64,000 nt of DNA from Candidatus Woesearchaeota archaeon (GTDB lineage: Archaea > Nanobdellota > Nanobdellia > SCGC-AAA011-G17 > GW2011-AR18): NCBI GenBank assembly GCA_964344975.1, contig CAYFPK010000001.1, positions 15,485 to 79,484 on the forward strand, given 5' to 3'. The stretch's first letter is position 1. The number at the start of each line of letters is the position of its first letter. Below the pieces are notes generated by a model. The model had not been told where the DNA came from and ran no database searches. It was given only the letters and a program-made list of their open reading frames with translations. Below are positions 48,060 to 58,686 of the stretch, piece by piece. Both the position numbers and the translations under genes were made by a program.

Positions 48060-50348
48060 ATGAAACCTGAAGAGAACAGAGACGTAAAACTAAAAGTGCT
48101 TGAGGCACTCCAAGAAGAAGCGTATAAAGGTATTGTGAGAATAGACTCACAAACCATGCGCGGCATTAACGTACGCCCAGGTGACATTGTTGAAATTGAA
48201 GGTAAAAGAAAAACAGTCGGTGTAGTTGACAGAGCTTACCCAACCGACGTTGGCCGTGCAGTCATTCGCATGGACGGAATTCTCAGACGTAACGCACGAA
48301 CATCTTTAGGTGAAGACGTAAAGGTGCGAAAAGCTGATGTAAAAGAAGCAACAAAAATTACCTTAGCGCCAGCACAACAAGGTGTAACTATTCAGGCAGA
48401 TCCATTACTATTCAAAAGAGGATTACTCGCAAGAGCCGTGATGGTCGGCGACCAGTTAGCTTTAGGTGGAACACGCAGACGTAAGCGAACCATGGTAGGT
48501 TCCCCGTTTGAAGACATGTTCGACATTTTTGAAGATTTTAACAGCGGGTTCGGGTTTGGTTCATTAAAATTCATCGTGGTAAAATCAGAACCAAAAGGTC
48601 CTGTCATTATCACAGAAAATACAACTATTAACATTAATCCAAAAGCAACTGAAGTAACTGAAGAACATGCAATCGATGTAACCTATGAAGACATCGGTGG
48701 GTTAACTGAAGAGGTTAAAAAAATAAGAGAGATGGTAGAGTTACCATTAAAACATCCTGAAATTTTTGAAAGATTAGGTGTACAACCACCACGAGGAGTT
48801 TTATTACACGGCCCACCAGGTACAGGTAAAACATTGCTAGCAAAAGCTGTAGCTAATGAAACAAACGCACATTTCATCCATTTAGACGCACCGGCAATTA
48901 TGAGTAAATTTGTCGGTGAAGCAGAAAAGAAAATTCGAGAAATTTTCGAAGACGCAGAAAAAAACGCACCAGCAATCATTTTCTTAGACGAAATTGACGC
49001 GGTGGCAACCAAACGTGAAGAAAGTTACGGTGAAGTGGAAAAACGAGTAGTAGCACAACTCTTAGCAACCATGGACGGATTAAGGTCACGAGGAAGAGTG
49101 GTAGTCATTGCGGCAACCAACAGACCAAACTCAATTGATCCTGCATTAAGACGCCCAGGACGTTTTGACAGGGAAGTAGAAATTGGCGCACCAAAAAAAG
49201 AAGGACGATTACAAATTTTAAAAATCCATACAAGAAATATGCCGTTAGATAAAAGTGTAGACTTAGAAGAAATTGCACGCGTAACACACGGCTTTGTCGG
49301 TGCAGACTTAGAAGCATTATGTAAAGAAGCGGCAATGGTGGTATTAAGAAAAGTTTTACCAGAGTTGCAAATGCAAAAAGATGAACCAATCCCAAAAGAA
49401 ATTTTAGAAAGGCTAAGAATTACGTACGGTGACTTTAGAGAAAGCCTCAAACTAGTAAGACCATCAGCCATGCGTGAAGTGTTAGTTGAAGCACCCAACG
49501 TAAACTGGAGTGACGTGGGTGGACTAGAAAACATCAAACAAGAACTTAAAGAAGCAGTAGAATGGCCACTCAAAAAGCCACACATTTTCAGACGCCTAGG
49601 GATCAGACCGCCAAGAGGAATCATTTTATACGGCCCACCGGGAACAGGTAAAACCCTTTTAGCAAAAGCGGTAGCAAACGAATCTGAAGCAAACTTCATT
49701 TTAGTTAAAGGTCCTGAACTCTTATCAAAGTTTGTCGGCGAATCAGAAAAAGGCATTAGAAAAATTTTCAAAAAAGCAAGACAAACAGCACCAACGATCA
49801 TTTTCTTTGACGAAATTGACGCAATAGCACCGCAACGTGGACGTAACATGGACACAAACGTAACAGAACGCGTAGTCAACCAACTGCTAACAGAGATTGA
49901 CGGCCTAGAAGAATTAAATGATGTAGTAGTTATCGGTGCGACAAACAGACCAGATATTATGGATCCCGCATTATTAAGACCAGGACGTTTCGACAGAGTA
50001 ATTTTAGCACCAGTACCAGATAAAGAGTCAAGACAAAAGATTCTACAAATTCATTCAGCAAAAATGCCACTAGCAGAAAGTGTGAACATCCAAACCTTAG
50101 CTGAAAAAACGCAAGGGTACGTCGGTGCAGATATTGAAGGGCTATGTCGTGAAGCAGCAATGATCGCATTACGTGACAACGAAAGCACAGAAATTGTTGA
50201 GATGCAACATTTCCAAAAAGCATTAGAAAAAGTACACCCATCTGTTCGCGAAGAAGATATGAAAAAGTACGAAGAAATCGAAGAAAGTTACTTAAGAACA
50301 GCTCGCGCACAAGCAATGTCTAAAGCACAAACAAACTATTTTGGTTGA
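48060..50348 (+). CDS. cdc48: Cdc48/VCP-like AAA+ ATPase (two AAA domains)
   Basis: N-domain, D1 ([15 protein letters not shown]...DEIDA) and D2 ([15 protein letters not shown]...[11 protein letters not shown]) with second-region-of-homology motifs. Confidence 0.9.
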   Translation: MKPEENRDVKLKVLEALQEEAYKGIVRIDSQTMRGINVRPGDIVEIEGKRKTVGVVDRAYPTDVGRAVIRMDGILRRNARTSLGEDVKVRKADVKEATKITLAPAQQGVTIQADPLLFKRGLLARAVMVGDQLALGGTRRRKRTMVGSPFEDMFDIFEDFNSGFGFGSLKFIVVKSEPKGPVIITENTTININPKATEVTEEHAIDVTYEDIGGLTEEVKKIREMVELPLKHPEIFERLGVQPPRGVLLHGPPGTGKTLLAKAVANETNAHFIHLDAPAIMSKFVGEAEKKIREIFEDAEKNAPAIIFLDEIDAVATKREESYGEVEKRVVAQLLATMDGLRSRGRVVVIAATNRPNSIDPALRRPGRFDREVEIGAPKKEGRLQILKIHTRNMPLDKSVDLEEIARVTHGFVGADLEALCKEAAMVVLRKVLPELQMQKDEPIPKEILERLRITYGDFRESLKLVRPSAMREVLVEAPNVNWSDVGGLENIKQELKEAVEWPLKKPHIFRRLGIRPPRGIILYGPPGTGKTLLAKAVANESEANFILVKGPELLSKFVGESEKGIRKIFKKARQTAPTIIFFDEIDAIAPQRGRNMDTNVTERVVNQLLTEIDGLEELNDVVVIGATNRPDIMDPALLRPGRFDRVILAPVPDKESRQKILQIHSAKMPLAESVNIQTLAEKTQGYVGADIEGLCREAAMIALRDNESTEIVEMQHFQKALEKVHPSVREEDMKKYEEIEESYLRTARAQAMSKAQTNYFG

Positions 50349-50593
50349 TAAAAAGAGTACCCTTCTCGATAAGCAGCTAAATGAAAAAGCGCAAAACGAT
50401 CCTCAGATTCTAAACAAACGATGGCACGTGCAAGCCCATCAATCATATCAGTAACTGCAACAGATCCATCATTCGAAAAGATATAAGAATCACGTAATGC
50501 CATAAGACCATCTACCGAAACATCCAAAAAGGCATCAGCAACACCACAAGCAAAAGGACTTCGTTCCATAAAAAAAACAACACACAAAAACAT
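50336..50593 (-). CDS. hypothetical small protein
   Basis: 85 aa, convergent with Cdc48. Weak call. Confidence 0.25.
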   Translation of the reverse strand: MFLCVVFFMERSPFACGVADAFLDVSVDGLMALRDSYIFSNDGSVAVTDMIDGLARAIVCLESEDRFALFHLAAYREGYSFYQPK

Positions 50594-50600
50594 ATAAAGC

Positions 50601-51500
50601 TTACAGATGTTTAAACGGTGTCGTGATCACATGTCCGGTTTTCGTCACAAAAAATGAATTCTCATGCTGCGTAACTAACTGACCATCACGATCAGGTAAC
50701 TGTGCGTAGCCATAAATCACCCGGGCACGGTCAAGCATCATAAGACCTCGCGTAGCTTTTTGCACACCAAACTCATTAGCAATCGCTAATTTAGAAAAAG
50801 GCAGAGTCTTAAACTCAGCCAAAATAAAATTCAACACATCACGAGCAACTCTATCACGTACAGGCGCTTTACGATCAAACCGATAGATAGTAGAATGTGC
50901 TCCTTCTTTAACAAAACCACTGCCTGCAGTAACAAAAGGCTCAATAGCAATCATCTGTCCTGCTTTAAGCTGCGTCTCATCACCGTTATCATAATTAGGA
51001 ATAGTCATACCAGCGTGAACCTTCCAACGAGCAACCCCATGCCCAGATAAATTACGCACTGGATTAAACCCTGCATCTTTAGCAACATCATGTACAGCAG
51101 CACCAATTTCACGCACAGCGGTTCCAGGTTTCACAAGTTTAGTCGCCGCTTGTAAACAATGCAAAGAAGCATCAAGAATATCACTAGACCCACCACCAAC
51201 CAGAACAGTTCGCGCATTGTCAGCGATGTAGCCATCAACATGCACACCAACATCAATTTTGACTAAATCACCTTTGGCAAACACTTTAGGATCATTTGGT
51301 GCAGGCGTATAATGTGCAGCCATATCATTGACAGACAAACCAACAGGAAAAGCTAAACGTCCACCTTTACTACGAACAAACGCTTCAACCTTGTTGGCAA
51401 CATCCAAAAGTAAAACGCCCTCTTTAATCAAATGAGCACCATAATACAGAGCTTCAGACGCAATCACGCCAGGTTTTTGCCATAAAGCTAAATCATCCAT
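50601..51500 (-). CDS. map: methionine aminopeptidase, type 2 (archaeal); longest ORF extends to 51638
   Basis: Pita-bread fold motifs (...GLSVNDMAAHYTP..., ...KIDVGVHVDGYIADNARTV..., metal ligands D/D/H/E/E). Start chosen at ATG 51500 (MDDLALWQ...) because of promoter geometry and the overlap with fen1. Confidence 0.75.
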   Translation of the reverse strand: MDDLALWQKPGVIASEALYYGAHLIKEGVLLLDVANKVEAFVRSKGGRLAFPVGLSVNDMAAHYTPAPNDPKVFAKGDLVKIDVGVHVDGYIADNARTVLVGGGSSDILDASLHCLQAATKLVKPGTAVREIGAAVHDVAKDAGFNPVRNLSGHGVARWKVHAGMTIPNYDNGDETQLKAGQMIAIEPFVTAGSGFVKEGAHSTIYRFDRKAPVRDRVARDVLNFILAEFKTLPFSKLAIANEFGVQKATRGLMMLDRARVIYGYAQLPDRDGQLVTQHENSFFVTKTGHVITTPFKHL

Positions 51501-51521
51501 AAAGCAGGGAACCAAAACCAT

Positions 51522-51529
51522 TTTATAAA
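51522..51529. promoter_or_regulatory. palindromic TATA box (tttataaa) shared by divergent leaderless map and fen1
   Basis: 21 nt from ATG 51500 (minus) and 20 nt from ATG 51550 (plus). Confidence 0.5.
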
Positions 51530-51549
51530 GCTTTATTAGAGCAAAAACC

Positions 51550-52557
51550 ATGGGCATCAACTTAGCAAGTATCATTCCAAAAGAAGAAATCAAGTTTGAA
51601 GATCTTAAAGGCAAAAAGGTAGCAGTAGACTTCTCCAATATGGCCTATCAATTCCTAGCAAGCATTAGGCAACCAGACGGCACTCCTTTACAAAACAGCC
51701 AAGGAAAAACAACATCACATTTGCAAGGAATATTGTCACGAGTGAGCAATTTAACAGAAAAAGAAATTAAACTTGCTTTTGTCTTTGACGGCAAACCGCC
51801 ATTACTTAAAGTAAAAGAACTTGAAGCACGTGCACACAGAAAAGTGCTCGCAAAACAAAAGTATGACACAGCAATGCAAGAAGATAATGTAGACGACGCA
51901 TACAAGTACAGTAAGCAAACCATCAGATTAACAAAAGAGATGAAAGAAGAATCGCAAGAACTCCTAGAAGCTATGGGGTTTCCCTGTATACAAGCCCCCC
52001 AAGAAGCTGAAGCACAAACAGCATACATGACCAAAAAAAATGATGTCTTCGCAGCAGCATCTTCTGATTACGACAGTTTACTGTTTGGCTGTCCAAGAAG
52101 TATTCGAAACTTAACACTGGCACAAAAAAGAAGACTACGGGGTGGAAAATATGTATACACGTTTTTAGAACTCATGAAACTTGAAAAAATAAAAAAAGAA
52201 CTAGTCATTAACCAAGAACAACTAATAGCAATTGGGATATTAACAGGGACAGATTTTAACAGAGGCGGCATAAAAGGGATTGGCCCAAAAAAAGCAATAA
52301 AGTTAGTTAAAGAGAAAAAAACGATAAAAAACATCTTCAAAGATCTTGAGTGCGACTTTGATCCAGAAGAAATTTACAACATTTTCACCAAAATGCCCAT
52401 TGAAGAAAAATACAAACTAGTATGGAAACAACCAAACGAAAAAAGGTTGTTAAATTTATTGGTAGACAAAAATGAGTTTAACCAAGCAAGAGTCGAAGGG
52501 TACATAAAAAGACTCAGCAAAAGAGAAAAAACCCAAAAAGGGTTAAGCGACTTTTAA
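51550..52557 (+). CDS. fen1: flap endonuclease FEN-1
   Basis: MGINLASIIPKEEIKFEDLKGKKVAVDFSNMAYQFL is the XPG-N start, followed by XPG-I (GTDFN...GIGPKKA) and an H3TH motif. Confidence 0.85.
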   Translation: MGINLASIIPKEEIKFEDLKGKKVAVDFSNMAYQFLASIRQPDGTPLQNSQGKTTSHLQGILSRVSNLTEKEIKLAFVFDGKPPLLKVKELEARAHRKVLAKQKYDTAMQEDNVDDAYKYSKQTIRLTKEMKEESQELLEAMGFPCIQAPQEAEAQTAYMTKKNDVFAAASSDYDSLLFGCPRSIRNLTLAQKRRLRGGKYVYTFLELMKLEKIKKELVINQEQLIAIGILTGTDFNRGGIKGIGPKKAIKLVKEKKTIKNIFKDLECDFDPEEIYNIFTKMPIEEKYKLVWKQPNEKRLLNLLVDKNEFNQARVEGYIKRLSKREKTQKGLSDF

Positions 52558-55502
52558 AGCGTTTCAACTTCTTCTGTATCAACATCTTCTAACTCAGAAA
52601 AACTACGTTCACCTTCACCAACTTCAACAGTGTCTTCTTCTAAAGAAAGTTCAGGTAAACGCTCATCAGTTACATCCAACCAATCATCTGGTTTTTGCAA
52701 CTGCATGGCATATCGATCAAGAAATTCATGGCGCAGATAATAAAGACTAGTAGCATCTTTATCTGTACTACCAGTAAAGTTTTGAATAGTTTTTAGAGCA
52801 AGCCCATATTTAGCCATTGAAAAAACATGTACAAACGAATCCATAAGCGTCTTAAAACGTGGAGTCAACAAAGAATCAAGGTCAAGACCATACATGACAG
52901 AAAGATCAACAAATGAGGAAAGATGCTCAAAAGCCTCAACAACGGCACTTTCTACTGAAGAGATTTGTAAAAGAACAGTATCCACTGCACGATGTTGTTC
53001 ATCAGTAAGTGCAACACCATCTGTATAGCGCTTAAGCAGACGTCGCAACTTCAAAAACAAAACCTTTTCCTCATCCAAAAGATGTGCAGCATCTAAGATA
53101 GGCGCTGGAGATGTAGAAAGGCGCACATCAAACGGCAAAGAAAGAGCAAGTTCTGCACCAGAAGAATCAAAACCTCTCGCAATAAACGAAAGGACAAGTT
53201 CATCTGAAGGTTTGTAATGCAATTCTAAACCTTCACCAACTTTTTCAACAAAATGCTCCGAATCTGTAGTCCACCATTCCACACGAGCAACATTTTTCGG
53301 AACACCAGTAACATACAAATAGATTTCATCTAAAAGCGAAGCATAAGGTTTACCAGCAACAACCAATTCGGGCAAAGTCACAGCAATAGGACTAACAGAA
53401 AAAAGTAATCGAGTAAAAACTTTTTCACCTAATGAATCTTGCCCCCGGACAAGAAGCTCTTTACGACCAGGCACATGCGGCGTATACAAAAAATCAGCAC
53501 CAACAGTCAGATTTTGAGGAAAAGAAAAGTCACTTGTACGAGAAGCAACATCATAAATATCAACAGAAACAAGGTTTTCCACAAGAGGTCGAGAAGAGCT
53601 AACAGAAAAAACAACAGATTCATCAACAGCTAAACTTGCAGGAAAATTATGTACAACCAAATCAGCAACAGGCGCAGCGCCAACAGTAACCGCCCCCACA
53701 GCAGAACCTAGAAAAGCACCAGACACATGGTACGCCTCAGCACGTAACGTGACCTGTTGACCAGTTAAAGAATCAGCAAATTGATAGACAGCAACAAGAT
53801 CTCCTGCAACAGCAGCATCCTCTGGCAAAGCAGCAACTTCTCCTGAAGCATCAACATACGACCATGTAACAAACGCAGGTGCAGGCCCAGATTTCACTAA
53901 AAGGTGTACAGACAACTCCTCTCCTGCAGCAACAGCATCCTCAGAAACAAGATGATAGATAGGAAGTTCATCAACGGCAGTTAGAATTTGACGCGCAATC
54001 ATAAAATACTGTCCAGCATAACGAACATAGACATACAACGTGTACCTTCCTTCATCATGCAAGCGAAAAGAAACAGGAGAAGAAACTTGCACAGGGCCAA
54101 CAGCATCAGCCACAGCAAACTTTGAAGCAACAAGTTCATCAAAAGTAGACGAGCTCACTGCATAGTAAACATCATACAACGCCGTCGTGTCCACTGCATA
54201 AGAGACATCTGTGTTACAAGCAACAACAGCAGGCCCTTCTATGGTAACAGCAATATCTGCAGGGTGACGTAAAACTGTAATAGGAAACGAAAGTTCATCA
54301 ACAATACCATCCAAGGTATGCAATCGTGCAACTAAACGGTTTGCAGCTAAAGCTTCACCACCCAAAACAAGATCTACAACTATGCCGGCAACATCTTGCG
54401 CAACAACATCATCTAAATCAATAAAGTGTCCAGAAATTTCATATCCCCACAAAACATGCTGTACAGCAAAAGGATCGCCAAAAAAATCTACTGACCAACG
54501 TGAAGGTGAACCAACAAACAAAATGTTAGACCCATCATCCGGCGTTACAGAGAGTAAGAAAGGTACAAAAACAAGCGGCAATTCAATAGCAGAGTCATAA
54601 AGTGGGTGTGTTGCATCAACACAGGGAACTAAACGCACAGAGGTATAATCAACAAGTGCAGAGCGAGAAAAAGTAACAGCACCGTCTCCAACAGGGTAAG
54701 TCATTGCAGAACTCGTAAAGGATCCATCACTAGACAAAAAATCTACGCGAATAAAAGCAACATCAGAATCCGCAAAGGACTGATAAGCTAAAGTAACTTC
54801 TTCACGGTCAACACGCAACTCCTGCTCATCAACAAACAGATGAAACCGCCGCTCATAAGAAAAATCGCGAGAAACTGAAGCTAAAACCACATCACCACGA
54901 GAAAGAACTTCAACAACAATTTGTCCAGAACTTCCAACAACAGCAGTAGGTTTCCAAACTAAAACAACGTCACGCTGTGGGCGATCTAAAGGCAAAAGTT
55001 GCATAAGGGTACGTTTATTAGCAACGACCTGATACAAAGCAACAGAGGCAACATCTTTAAGCGAACCTGCTAAATGAATAGGGATAGAGATTTGATCACG
55101 ACTCATAATCTGGTAGGTTTCATCTGTAGCTGCAAAGGAAGCATCAATAGTAACAACTAAAGGCGCAGAAACAGTAGGCGCAGAAACAGGCTGCGGTTCC
55201 TCACGAGGAAAGTGTAAAGCAATGGGAGTAATTTTAACTAAAGATGCATCAGATTTTTTTTTAGCAATTAAAAAAAGAGTTGCATCATCATACTGGTTAT
55301 AAAAGTCAGTAACATCACAAGCTAAAGCAGGAAGCACATCAGAACCAAATCGATGCGGCTCAAGTTTATCTTCAGTAATAGCAATAGCTTTGTCCAAGTC
55401 AGCATCAACATCAAAACGATCAAGGTCCCCGGGCAAAACCAAATAAAAAAAATCAAGGTCAGAATGTAAACGTATAGAACGGTAATATATTTTAGGATTC
55501 AT
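52554..55502 (-). CDS. giant uncharacterized protein D (982 aa), last gene of a four-gene coupled operon
   Basis: No recognisable domain, signal peptide or TM. Predicted beta-rich, repetitive V/A/S/D-rich segments. Acidic C-terminal tail (...EDTVEVGEGERSFSELEDVDTEEVETL). ATG overlaps the stop of gene C (ATGA at 55499-55502). Confidence 0.55.
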   Translation of the reverse strand: MNPKIYYRSIRLHSDLDFFYLVLPGDLDRFDVDADLDKAIAITEDKLEPHRFGSDVLPALACDVTDFYNQYDDATLFLIAKKKSDASLVKITPIALHFPREEPQPVSAPTVSAPLVVTIDASFAATDETYQIMSRDQISIPIHLAGSLKDVASVALYQVVANKRTLMQLLPLDRPQRDVVLVWKPTAVVGSSGQIVVEVLSRGDVVLASVSRDFSYERRFHLFVDEQELRVDREEVTLAYQSFADSDVAFIRVDFLSSDGSFTSSAMTYPVGDGAVTFSRSALVDYTSVRLVPCVDATHPLYDSAIELPLVFVPFLLSVTPDDGSNILFVGSPSRWSVDFFGDPFAVQHVLWGYEISGHFIDLDDVVAQDVAGIVVDLVLGGEALAANRLVARLHTLDGIVDELSFPITVLRHPADIAVTIEGPAVVACNTDVSYAVDTTALYDVYYAVSSSTFDELVASKFAVADAVGPVQVSSPVSFRLHDEGRYTLYVYVRYAGQYFMIARQILTAVDELPIYHLVSEDAVAAGEELSVHLLVKSGPAPAFVTWSYVDASGEVAALPEDAAVAGDLVAVYQFADSLTGQQVTLRAEAYHVSGAFLGSAVGAVTVGAAPVADLVVHNFPASLAVDESVVFSVSSSRPLVENLVSVDIYDVASRTSDFSFPQNLTVGADFLYTPHVPGRKELLVRGQDSLGEKVFTRLLFSVSPIAVTLPELVVAGKPYASLLDEIYLYVTGVPKNVARVEWWTTDSEHFVEKVGEGLELHYKPSDELVLSFIARGFDSSGAELALSLPFDVRLSTSPAPILDAAHLLDEEKVLFLKLRRLLKRYTDGVALTDEQHRAVDTVLLQISSVESAVVEAFEHLSSFVDLSVMYGLDLDSLLTPRFKTLMDSFVHVFSMAKYGLALKTIQNFTGSTDKDATSLYYLRHEFLDRYAMQLQKPDDWLDVTDERLPELSLEEDTVEVGEGERSFSELEDVDTEEVETL

Positions 55503-56878
55503 CTAAACCAATCATCCTCCGAATCACCAGAAAAGTTTACATCTTCTTTGCCCGCAAAAATATCGGCATACGGATCCGCAGAGACTGCAGGTTCAGGTGA
55601 AAGTTCAGCAGGAGCAGTTGCAACTTCAGGCTCAGCTGCAAGCTCACTTTCACCAACTTTTACCTTAGGCTCATCAGTAATAGTAAACGTGTAACTGCGA
55701 TGTGCAAGATCTTTTCGTTCCCCAGAAGAAGAGATTCGTGAAAGGTAAACATCCAAAGTGACCTCTGAAAACTCAGCAAAGAGATCGAAATGATCAAAAA
55801 GCGAAGGGTTCTCATTATCAAAAAGAGACAAAACATCGCCTGTTGCAGAACTTTTCCAACTAAATTGTAAGTCTGGAGCAAGTACTGCCCGCTCAACATC
55901 CGTAAGACCTTGTATGGAGAAATAAAGCCAAGCATCAGCAAGATCAGATCGGGCAACAGTATATTGCATATGTTTACGCAAACCTTTACGAACCATACGA
56001 CCATCAACATGACGCATAGAGCTTAAAGAAAAGTCCAGCTTTAGTTTCGGCGCTGCAAACCTAAGCGAATATTGTTCAAAGAAAAGTTCATCAGAATGAT
56101 CAACATACTCTTTTTTATCTTTAGGTAAAACAACAAGATAAAGCTTGGGTGAATCAATAGAACTAAAATGCACATCAAGACCTGTCTTAGCAAAAGAGCG
56201 CTGCAGATCAGAAGAAGAGACATAGTAAAGAACATCATCACGTGAACGTGTACAAGCAACATAAGAGGATGAATGGCTAGTAGAGCTTTGAATACGAACA
56301 AAAACAGAGTAATCTTTAGGTTTAGCTTTAACAAACTTAAAGGCAATGCGAAAATCTTCAGGGTTTGTAACAGTAAAAGATACAGCTTTACGCCAGTTAG
56401 GCTCAGCAGAAACATTCTTAGAATATTTTTTAATAAAATTCAAGCCAAACCCATCAGGCAAGGTTGGTTTTTCTTGAGCAGGAGACTTTAAAGAAGAAAG
56501 TTCTTCATCATCAAGAATTTTTTCTCGAGCAGGTGCATGAGTAGACTCATCTATAAGTTCCTCAGGTTTTTCAGGACGCGTAGCAGCAACATAAAAATAA
56601 TCATAAAAAGCCCGACCACTCTCTTTATCTTGCAGTAACACACACACTGTCGCCATAGGGTAGTCCTTAAATGCTAGAGCAGAACAAGTAGAGGCATCAA
56701 AGTCAAAAATATAAACAGTTTTCCGAATTCTATAAGCAAAAAAAGAGGGATACTTTTTTTCTGCAAAAATTTTAGGAATTCTTGAAGCAACAAGAAATCC
56801 AGGGTAAATACAATAAGAGACAGAATCAGGAGCAACAACATCCTTAGGAATAGCCAAACGGATATATCGCCAGCTCAT
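55499..56878 (-). CDS. uncharacterized protein C (459 aa) of the coupled operon
   Basis: No motif. Acidic and aromatic C-terminus (...NFSGDSEDDWFR). ATGA overlaps at both ends (56875-56878 and 55499-55502). Confidence 0.55.
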   Translation of the reverse strand: MSWRYIRLAIPKDVVAPDSVSYCIYPGFLVASRIPKIFAEKKYPSFFAYRIRKTVYIFDFDASTCSALAFKDYPMATVCVLLQDKESGRAFYDYFYVAATRPEKPEELIDESTHAPAREKILDDEELSSLKSPAQEKPTLPDGFGLNFIKKYSKNVSAEPNWRKAVSFTVTNPEDFRIAFKFVKAKPKDYSVFVRIQSSTSHSSSYVACTRSRDDVLYYVSSSDLQRSFAKTGLDVHFSSIDSPKLYLVVLPKDKKEYVDHSDELFFEQYSLRFAAPKLKLDFSLSSMRHVDGRMVRKGLRKHMQYTVARSDLADAWLYFSIQGLTDVERAVLAPDLQFSWKSSATGDVLSLFDNENPSLFDHFDLFAEFSEVTLDVYLSRISSSGERKDLAHRSYTFTITDEPKVKVGESELAAEPEVATAPAELSPEPAVSADPYADIFAGKEDVNFSGDSEDDWFR

Positions 56879-58686
56879 TTTTTCTCGTCCTCCAACAAAT
56901 ATGCAATATCAGCTGACTCAGGCTCATCTAAAAATACAAAACGGTTTTCATCAACACCTAAAACCGCAAAATCTTCAGCACGACCAACAGGCGGAGAATC
57001 AATAGATTCGCGATCAGCTTCAGACTCATCAACAACTGGCGGTTCAACTTCCTCTTCAGGAATTAAAGAAGAAAAGTCAGGACTCTTGGAAAAATCAAAT
57101 CTAAAAAAAGCAGAGTTCTCATCACAAGAATAACGAATCGACTTAGGCATCGCTCCCGACTTCGTTGCAATAGGACCTAAAGCAATAGGGGTTTGAAAAC
57201 GGTCAGGCCTTCTTTCAGGGCCAGAGGTACCTTTAGCAAAGGGCAAACGCCAAAAAGAGATTGTTTTTCCCTCAAAAGCAGGATAAAAACTAAGACGAGT
57301 AGAACGGTATGAAGAAAAAAGATCAGTAACAAACCGAGAGGTAAAAAGAAACCTTCCATCTTCAGAAAAAGGTTCTCCTGAGTAGGAATTTCCAGCATAA
57401 AGATTGCAGGAAAAACCAACAGGAAAATCAGAAAGATTCGCAATAGTTGCAACAACGGGTTGTGAAGAGTACGGTTTATTTAATAGGACATAGTAATAAT
57501 AAATTTTTGGATCAGGACCACTAAGAAGTCTATCCAATAAAGAATCTCTCGGAGCAAGTGTTTTCACAACTGGATAGTTCAGCAAGATTTTCATCACAGG
57601 CATCTTCGGCATAGGGTCAGTTAACACCAAATAGTTCCAACCAACAATATCACCATGAGTTTTCTCACGGCCACTCACCACAACACAAAGTAACGTAAAC
57701 GTTTTAGGGTAAGGTTTTTTAAGCCGTTCACGATAATTACAATCCCACTCCAAAGAAGTTCCAAGACCCACAGGTTTACGTTTACCACGATACACTTTTG
57801 CAACATCCTTAAGCGTCAACGCCTTTTTGCCACGCACAACATACCACAAGACTGTCGCTTTCAAAGGTACATCACGCGCAGCAACCTCTAAAGTTGTATC
57901 GGTTAAAGGCAACAGCCCCTTGTGCAAATCAGAACCCACAAACGCAGCAGTATCAACAGGAGACATAATATGCACACGGGAAACTCCACGGGAAACTTCT
58001 TCTCCAGGTACTTCTTCAGTTGGAGGTTCAGGCGTAGAAAGAGGAAGTAACGGGTCAAATCTAAACAAGAACTCAGAGGTAGTCAAAAGATGTTTATCAG
58101 AGTAACGAAGAAGTGAAGCATCTAAGCGAACAACATCTGCACCATCTCCAAGTTCATCACAGATAAAATGGCTCAGCACAAGTAAAAAAGAACCATCTTC
58201 TTGAGCAACCAAAGTATGTGCAGCAAGAACAGCGCTGGTAAAAAGAAATGCACGGCCATCTTCAGTAACAAGAGAAACCTCCAATTCATAGTCTTGAAGC
58301 CGTTCCCCAGAAAGTTTAAAGGCAATCTTGGCATCATCCACACGAGTTCCATCAAAAAGCAGTACATCTTTGCGAAAACCAAAGGCACCTTCCTTGGCAA
58401 AACGCAGGTGAGCACAAAAGTTAGGATCAATATCAACTCCAAGAGATTCAGCAATCTCCTCTTCATCCACAATTTCAACAGGCACTTCTACAGGCACGTG
58501 AAACGAAAACAACACAGGCGCAGTAACAGCAATTTGTTCACCACCCACATCATAAAGTTCAGCAGAAATCTCATACTCTCCAGAAGATACCATCTTACTT
58601 AAAGCAACAAACTCAGAGGTAAAATCATAGGTAAAGTCATCACCCGCAGCAGGTTCCAAGATAAATCCTTTCTTAAACTTCTTCAT
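56875..58686 (-). CDS. uncharacterized protein B (~603 aa) of the coupled operon; longest ORF extends to 58746
   Basis: ATG at 58686 (MKKFKKGFILEPAAGDD...) overlaps the TGA of gene A (ATGA at 58683-58686). No motif. Acidic C-terminus. Confidence 0.55.
   Translation of the reverse strand: MKKFKKGFILEPAAGDDFTYDFTSEFVALSKMVSSGEYEISAELYDVGGEQIAVTAPVLFSFHVPVEVPVEIVDEEEIAESLGVDIDPNFCAHLRFAKEGAFGFRKDVLLFDGTRVDDAKIAFKLSGERLQDYELEVSLVTEDGRAFLFTSAVLAAHTLVAQEDGSFLLVLSHFICDELGDGADVVRLDASLLRYSDKHLLTTSEFLFRFDPLLPLSTPEPPTEEVPGEEVSRGVSRVHIMSPVDTAAFVGSDLHKGLLPLTDTTLEVAARDVPLKATVLWYVVRGKKALTLKDVAKVYRGKRKPVGLGTSLEWDCNYRERLKKPYPKTFTLLCVVVSGREKTHGDIVGWNYLVLTDPMPKMPVMKILLNYPVVKTLAPRDSLLDRLLSGPDPKIYYYYVLLNKPYSSQPVVATIANLSDFPVGFSCNLYAGNSYSGEPFSEDGRFLFTSRFVTDLFSSYRSTRLSFYPAFEGKTISFWRLPFAKGTSGPERRPDRFQTPIALGPIATKSGAMPKSIRYSCDENSAFFRFDFSKSPDFSSLIPEEEVEPPVVDESEADRESIDSPPVGRAEDFAVLGVDENRFVFLDEPESADIAYLLEDEKK

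Noticed and set aside
49025-49879. 284 aa minus-strand ORF (and 48683..49012, 49957..50316) inside cdc48
   Set aside because: Antisense to the strongly conserved Cdc48 AAA domains. No motifs. Shadow ORFs.
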